Shown here one piece after another: positions 57,134 through 64,000 of a DNA stretch of 64,000 bases. The notes under the pieces were generated by a model. That model made no database searches and was not told the origin of the DNA. It saw only the letters and a list, made by a program, of their open reading frames with translations. Source of the DNA: Podarcis bocagei (taxonomy: Eukaryota). Made by a program: the position numbers and the translations under genes. The stretch is from the NCBI GenBank assembly GCA_964188305.1, contig OZ076889.1. One strand, given 5' to 3'. The number at the start of each line of letters is the position of its first letter. Position 1 is the stretch's first letter.

Positions 57134-58568
57134 ATAAGAATGTAAGAAGACCCCGGTTGGATCAGGCTAAAGGCCCATCATAGTCCAACATCTCATTCTC
57201 ACAATCACCAGCAGTCTCCCCACTTGTAATGCCAGCAACTGGTTTTCAGAGGCTTCTTCTTCTTCTTCTTCTTCTTCTTCTTCTTCTTCTTCTTCAATCA
57301 CTCATAGCCAAGTAAGATTGTCTTCCATGAACACGGTTTTAACAGTGAGTCCGTAAGTGACTGTGGAGGCCAATTTTGGATCCACACATCCTTCCACAGT
57401 GGGGACATAGGTTTCCGGGTGGAAGCTGTTCACGGTGAGGGTTTGCCAAGCGTTCCTTCCTCTTAGCACGTTTCTCCCTTTCATCCTGAGTTCAAGCGTC
57501 TTCAAAACCCATGACACCTTTGGTAAAGGCTGTTCTCCAACTGGAGTGCTTGCAGGCCAGTATTTCCCAGTTGTTGGTGTTTACACTACATGTTTTTAGA
57601 TTTGCCTTGAGACAGTCTTTAAACCTCTTTTGTTGACCACCAGCATTATGCTTTCCATGTTTAAGTTCGAAATAAAGTAGTTGCTTTGGAAGGCGATCAT
57701 CAGGCATCCACACAACATGATCAGTCCAATGAAGTTGATGTTGAAGAATCATTGCTTCAACACTGGTGATCTTTGCTTCTTCCAGTACACTGGCATTAGT
57801 TTGCCTGCCTTCCCAAGTGATTTGTAAAAATTTTTGGAGACACCATTCATGGAATCTTTCGAGGAGTTCGAGATGGCATTTGTAAGTGGTCCATGTTTCA
57901 GAAGCATACGGTAAGGTTGGTAGTATAGTAGCTTTGTAAACAAGCAATTTGGTTTCCCTGCAAATGTCCTGGTCCTCAAACACTCTGCACTTCAATTGGG
58001 AGAAAGCTGCACTTGTGGAGCTCAGGCAATGCTGGATTTCGGAATCAATGTCGGCCCTTGTGGAAAGATAACTGCCCAGGTAGGAGAAGTGATCAACACT
58101 TTCCAACGTTACACCATTAAGTTGAATTTGTGGCACTACAGAGGAGTTGTTTTGTAGTTGTTGGTGCAGCACTTTGGTTTTTTGGATGTTGAGCGATAGG
58201 CCAAGCTTTTTTCAAGCTTCTGCAAAGATATTTAGGATGGTTTGGAGATCATCCTTTGAGTGTGCACACACTACGTTGTTATCAGCGTATTGAAGCTCTA
58301 TGATGGAAGTTACGGTAACCTTATTATTTTCTTTCAGCCTACTCAGATTGAAGAGCTTTATTCAGAGGCATAATGGATCCAACAGTGGAGGTAGAAAAGA
58401 GCCATTGTGACTAGTAGCCATGGTTAGCCTTATCCTCCATTCTATCTCTCAAAACAAGCAGTGTGGTGGCCACCACTGCCTGTTGTGGAAGTGAATTCCA
58501 TAGTTTACTGTGTTCTGTGTGATGAAGTACTTGCCTGTCCTAAATGCTCCAACTTTATTGGATGTCCC
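57134..58568 (-). mobile_element. Old CR1-like 3' fragment interrupted by the RTE at 57254-58360
   Basis: GGATCAGGCTAAAGGCCCATCATAGTCCAACATC... resumes after 58361 with TAGTAGCCATGG...TTCCATAGTTTACTG. Confidence 0.55.
57254..58360 (-). mobile_element. RTE-clade LINE (non-BovB), 5'-truncated
   Basis: 226-aa RT C-terminal ORF (VDHFSYLGS...RLPKQLLYFELKHGKHNAGGQQKRFKD); terminal CPHC..HSHLRTH motif; (GAA)n tail; 9-bp TSD TTCAGAGGC. Confidence 0.88.
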
Positions 58569-59531
58569 TGTTGGTGGCCACACAAACTGCAGGGTGTCAA
58601 CAGCCTCACATTCTTATGTATATAGGAAGATATGTGTAAATTAGTATTGGGAGAGTATTTGTATTGTTGATGTGAGTTGGCAATGTTTATTCCTTCTTCA
58701 TTTCTGTTACATTTGCAACAAAATACATATTTTTAAAAAGTAATTTTTCTTCATGAGCTGATATAAAGAAGCCAGGTGAAAGCACAGTGTGGATCACCTA
58801 CCTTCAATCATTTAATACCTTTGTTCTTAGATAAGAAAACAGGAAACACCTTTAATCTGAAGTGTTCGGGAAGTCAATATGATGTCAGGGCTGCCCAACG
58901 AGAGAAGAGCATCCCTATTATAATTCCCCATGTATGGCATACTTAGCAAAAGCTTTTTTTTATCATCCTATCAAAAAGGAAATGTATTCTATTTTAGCCA
59001 TAGGCAACCACCTGGTGCAAAAACTTCTTCTTCTTTTTGTAGCTATTGTTTTCCAAAGGAAAACTAATTAAGTAAACGAAAGCAACAATTAATAAAAAAA
59101 AGATGCAGAGGAAGCATCCTGTCATCAAAAACTCCCCCTCCATGCAACAGCTTTTACAGGAAGGATGGAGAAACCCTTTCTTCTGCATGAGTGCTTGGAA
59201 GGGGAAACGTCAGCATCACGTGATCAGAGGTAATTGTATTAAGACACTGGCCTTCAGCTAGTTGTTGGGATCCTAGAAAGAGGAACAGAAGAAGGCGTCC
59301 ATCTAGCTTAGTATCATCCACACTTACTGGTGTGGGGTTTCTAATGGGACCTCTACCAGCTCTACCTTGAGACATTGGCCTTGAACCAAGGACCTCCTGC
59401 ATGAAAAACAGATGCTCTGCCACTGATCTGGGTTGGCATATGTGAGTGGTGCCACCAGCATTTGAGAAATAATATTGTAAGACAGAGAGAGAGAGAGCAA
59501 TAAAATGCAAAGGAGGACAGAACTCATTTCC

Positions 59532-59766
59532 AGTGCAAGTAGATAAATGCGCTGTGGCGGGAAGGTAAAGTCACATCTGTGCTCTCTGGTTTCCATCACA
59601 GTGTTCAGTTGTGCCAGAAGCGGTTTAGTCATGCTGGCCACGTGACCCGGAGAGCTGTCTGCAGACAAACACCAGCTCCCTCGGCCTGAAAAGCGAGATG
59701 AGCGCCGCAACCCCATAGTCACCTTTGACTGGACTTAACCGTCCAGGGGTTCTTTACCTTACTTTA
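59532..59766 (+). mobile_element. Sauria SINE 3' half (different subfamily)
   Basis: AGTGCAAGTAGATAAAT...GAGATGAGCGCCGCAACCCC...TTTACCTTTAC. Confidence 0.8.
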
Positions 59767-60477
59767 CTTAGTAATAGTTGTAAAGAACAGGGGAAATATT
59801 GGTGGTAAGATCGATTTGACAATAAAGCCAAGCACCTAGAGGCAGAGGCTTGAGGAAGGACTTTGCTTTTTATTAGAACACCAAGATCCACCAACCAGAG
59901 CCTAGTGTGAAAGGGAAACAATTTGAATCGAAGAATTCTGAGCCAAGGAACTTGTTCTGAGCACCAGGAGTGAACTGTGTCCACCATCCTTCCACAAAGA
60001 ATGAAACCAAGGTGACCTAAAAGTCTCCGTCCAAGTCTTATGATTTGGAGGCACAATCTTCCACTCCATCCTGACAGAGTGCATCTGCCTAAATTCCCAG
60101 TACGGAAGATGGCAACCCTGCCTCCATGGTAATATAAAGTGTGCTGCAAATAAATAAATATTTGAGCAAGATACTTTTTTTAAATGGAAAAGCTCACTAT
60201 GCGCATGAAAGCAAGTTGTTTCATACATGTTCAGTACCTGGAGTGAAACTTGCTCAATTGGTAGGCAGAACCCTTGCTCAGCATGTGAGCTGTGTTGCCT
60301 GTGTTCACTAAGCGTATTTTTTTTGGTCATTTTTGGTGTGTGTGTGGTCACCCTAAAATTCTGAGTTGTAGCTTGAAATGGGACTGATGGAACTTCCAAG
60401 TTGGCAGTTAAATAAGTGTACTAATAGTATGCTGTTCTGGAAGAAGAGATACCTGTTTCTAAAGGTAGCCTTATGAG

Positions 60478-60739
60478 TAAAAGGTAAAGGGACCCCTGAC
60501 CGTTAGGTCCAGTTGCGGATGACTCTGGTGTTGCGGCGCTCATCTCGCTTTACTGGCCGAGGGAGGCGGTGTACAGCTTCCGGGTCATGTGGCGGTGTAC
60601 AGCTTCCGGGTCATGACTAAGCCATTTCTGGTGAATCAGAGCAGTGCATGGAAACACAGTTTACCTTCCCGCCGGAACGGTACCTTCTGATTGGCAAGCC
60701 CTAGCTCTGTGGTTTAACCTACAGTGCCACCTGTGTCCC
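60478..60739 (-). mobile_element. Rearranged Sauria SINE
   Basis: Head and tail present; internal ~26-bp tandem duplication and ~100-bp deletion. Confidence 0.82.
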
Positions 60740-61650
60740 TTATGGGAGAGAGGCACAAAATGTAGAACACAGGAGACCAAAGGAAACAAGTAGCTCCGGA
60801 TGTGAGAGACCAACAAGAGGGGCATCAACTCACTTTGCATTCCTTCCTGCTTCCGAAGAGGGTGATAATGAGATTTTCTGGCAAATACTTGACAGACCCT
60901 CATGCCTTTGATTATCAACCACCCACTTGTCTTAACATGTGCATTTTAGATAAGATTGGTTTTGTTTCATCTTTTCTTTTCTACTCTCATACACATATTT
61001 TACATGTCAGAATATTTATATACAGCATTTAGTGATGGGGAGGGAGGAAATGGTGATAACCATTTCCCCCCCTTAATTTTTTAAATTAAATTTTCATAAT
61101 TCAAAATGGTGATAATGATGTCGGTGATGTTTGCTTAATAATCCAGCCCCATCCAGAGGGCCAGAACTGCAAGAAGGTGCAAATTCCTAACGGATGTGAA
61201 TTCTCTTTTCATTTGCAGACTTCTGGACCAGTGCAGCCATTAATATTCATGTGTCCCAGAGCTTGTTTCTTGTGTTATGCTTCTATCTCCACAGAAAAAG
61301 CACTTATGTGTAAGTGTGACAATTGAATGTGGACAGTCTCAACTTGAAAAGCTATGGCCAGTTACTTTCTCCATTCTGGGGAAGGGTCGGTTGTGAAGGG
61401 ACTTTAAAGGTACAAAGGTAATGGAGATTTTCTGGATGAGAAGATGACACGCAGTTCTGCAAGTTAAGCGCGTGGCAAAGTCAGAAGCAAGCAAAGCTAG
61501 ACGACTGTCAGCATATGGGAGTCTTTAGGTAAAGAAACGCCCCCCCCCCAAACAATCATGAGGTTGGGAGGGAGGGGAACGTTTCATTGGAAACAATGAT
61601 GTCCCTTGCCCTGCCCATTTAGATCCTTCAAGCACATCTTACCAGAGGTA

Positions 61651-61888
61651 AAGGGTAAAGGGACCCCTGACCATTAGGTCCAGTCGTGACCAACTCTGGC
61701 CGTTTACCTTCCCGCCAGAGCGGTACCTATTTATCTACGTGCACTTTGATGTGCTTTCGAACTGCTAGGTTGGCAGGAACAGTGACCGAGCAATAGGAGC
61801 TCACCCCGTTGTGGGGATTTGAACCGCCAACCTTCTGATCAGCAAGTCCTAGGCTCTGTGGGCCACCCCACAGCGCCACCCACATCCC
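61651..61888 (-). mobile_element. Internally deleted Sauria SINE
   Basis: 13-bp TSD CTTACCAGAGGTA (61638-61650, 61891-61903). Confidence 0.85.
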
Positions 61889-61911
61889 ACCTTACCAGAG
61901 GTATAATGGCT

Positions 61912-62523
61912 TATAAACCACTTATAAACACCATCTCCAACTCCTCGAAAGATTCCATCAACGGTGTCTCCGAAAAATTTTATACAGCACTTGGGAAGAC
62001 AGGCGAACTAATATCAGTGTACTGGAAGAAGCAAAGATCACCAGTGTCGAAGCAATGATTCTTCAACATCAACTTCGTTGGACTGGTCATGTTGTGCGGA
62101 TGCCTGATGATCGTCTTCCAAACCAACTACTCTATTCCGAACTTAAAAATGGAAAGCGTAATGCTGGTGGTCAACAAAAGAGGTTTAAAGACTGTCTCAA
62201 GGCAAATCTTAAAAAATGTAGTATAAACACTGACAACTGGGAAACACTGGCCTGTGAGCGCTCCAGTTGGAGAACAGCCTCTACCAAAGGTGCCATGGGC
62301 TTTGAAGACACTCAAACTCAGGACGCTAGGGAGAAACATGCTAAGAGGAAGGCACGCTTGGCAAATCCACACTGTGATCAACTCCTGCACAGAAACCAAT
62401 GTCCCCACTGTGGAAGGACGTGTGGATCCAGAATGGCCTCCACAGTCACTTACAGACTCATTGATAAAATTGTGTTTATGGAAGACAATCTTATTTGGCT
62501 ATGAGTGATCGCCAAAGAGAGAC
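61912..62523 (+). mobile_element. Second copy of the same RTE-clade LINE, 5'-truncated
   Basis: 149-aa ORF homologous to 57492-58172; flanking AATGGCT repeat. Confidence 0.86.
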
Positions 62524-63366
62524 AATGGCTGTGTGTTTACACGATATGTTTGAAATCTGAAGCACATTTCTCTCCCCCCCCCCACCAAGATTCTTGAAAA
62601 CTGTGGTTTGCTAAGGGTGCTGGGAAATGCAGCTCTGCAACTACATTTCCCAGAAATTGAGCTTTAACTGTATGGTGCTTATGTAGCCAATGTGTGCGGC
62701 CATAGTGAAGCGGCTGCCATACCACTGCCAGGAAGTGTGAATCAGCTTTGAAATCTAAAGAGTCCCAGGAAGTTGATTTAATGTTTCAGTGCACTAACAC
62801 AGGCTGGCTGAAAGACAGGCACAGCCTCAGGATGCTGTTGCCACATGAGGGCAAGGAAGGAAGGAAAGTGGTCAGTTCAAGAGTCTCCTTGACTTTCTGC
62901 GGTGGCTCAATTGCAATTCAGTGACGTAATGGGGAGCGGAGTGAAGTGCAGCACAGTGCTGGGACTTTTTTCAGAGCGTGAATGATGACATCATCTGCCA
63001 GAGAGCCAAGGCAATTTGTGGATGCTCCTTGCTGAGGCAAGTGAACAAGGTGATAAGGAGGCTTTCAGGTTTGTGACATATTAGAGTAGAAGAATTCAGA
63101 GAATGAGAAAACAATAAACCAGGGTCTGGATACGTCTTTCCTTTGATGGGGTTCCTACTTCATGCTAGCAGTTTAAATGGCGACACTTCTTTGCAATATT
63201 GTTTGCATTATTATCATTTATTTATTTATTTATTTATTTGCTGCCTCTTCCTCAAGAGATTGATAGTGTTAAGTTGTGGGTGAACATATCAGACGACACA
63301 GCGATTCTTCAAACAGCTCTTGCTTATTTACAGGCCAGAACAGAACTGAACTGAAGCCAGCATGGT

Positions 63367-63621
63367 GAGCCAGCATGGTGTAGTGGTTAAGAGCGGTAGT
63401 CTCGTAATCTGGGGAACCGGGTTCGCGTCTCCGCTCCTCCACATGCAGCTGCTGAGTGACCTTGGGCCAGTCACACTTCTCTGAAGTCTCTCAGCCCCAC
63501 TCACCTCACAGAGTGTTTGTTGTGGGGGAGGAAGGGAAAGGAGAATGTTAGCCGCTTTGAGACTCCTGAAGGGGAGTGAAAGGCGGGATATCAAATCCAA
63601 ACTCCTCTTCTTCTTCTTCTT
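63367..63621 (+). mobile_element. tRNA-derived SINE (probably Squam3 family)
   Basis: A box TGGTGTAGTGG, B box GGTTCGCGTCT, (CTT)n tail. Confidence 0.84.
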
Positions 63622-64000
63622 GAAGGGTTCAGCCAGCCTGCTTATATAGAGCTCCAGTACAACACAACAGTAACCACTTTCTGTAACTAGCCAATCACTG
63701 AACGTCACTTTCAACCCCTTATTTGCATATGTGGACCTGAGTGAAAACTATCTACAGTATCCCCCTGCTGGCCCAGGGTGAGAACTTCAGTACATAACAG
63801 ATAGGATGTTTTCAGGATGTTTTTACTGCTTATTACCGTATTTGCTGCCCTGGGCCTTTGGGAGGAAGGACAATATATGTATTTTAATAATAATAATAAT
63901 GAAGAAGAAACTAACTAAAGGTTGCATTTCAGCTGGCTAAAGATCCTTTTATTAAAGCTCAATGTGTTTTACATGTCAAACGAGTGCCTTCAGTAGTAAG

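Noticed and set aside
63367-63440. Possible tRNA gene
   Set aside because: A and B boxes are present but continue into a multicopy SINE body; no complete cloverleaf.

Overview
Vertebrate genomic DNA, most likely from a squamate reptile (probably a lacertid lizard). This is inferred from the Sauria SINEs, Squam3-like SINEs, a BovB-type RTE and CR1/L2 remnants. The window holds the complete coding region of ARFGEF2 (BIG2, a brefeldin A-inhibited Sec7 Arf-GEF) on the minus strand: 39 coding exons from ATG at 46809 to the stop at 194, about 1794 aa, all with GT-AG introns and consistent phases. A CpG-island promoter lies at about 46.3-47.2 kb and carries YY1/TISU-like, CLEAR (GTCACGTGAC), GC-box and BANP-like motifs. 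The rest (introns and 47-64 kb) is repeat-rich non-coding DNA with TA-flanked Tc1/mariner-pogo-type MITEs, hairpin hAT MITEs, SINEs and LINE fragments. Notable items are an 857-bp MITE whose interior is tiled by about 11 hairpins including a hairpin VNTR, a 3'-truncated U1 snRNA retrocopy with a 17-bp target-site duplication (TSD), and a three-layer MITE>BovB>LTR-like nest with a 5'-inverted BovB. I found no convincing novel protein-coding system; most ORFs in the track are repeat or GC artefacts. Comparisons with human BIG1/BIG2 and repeat consensuses are from memory, not database searches.
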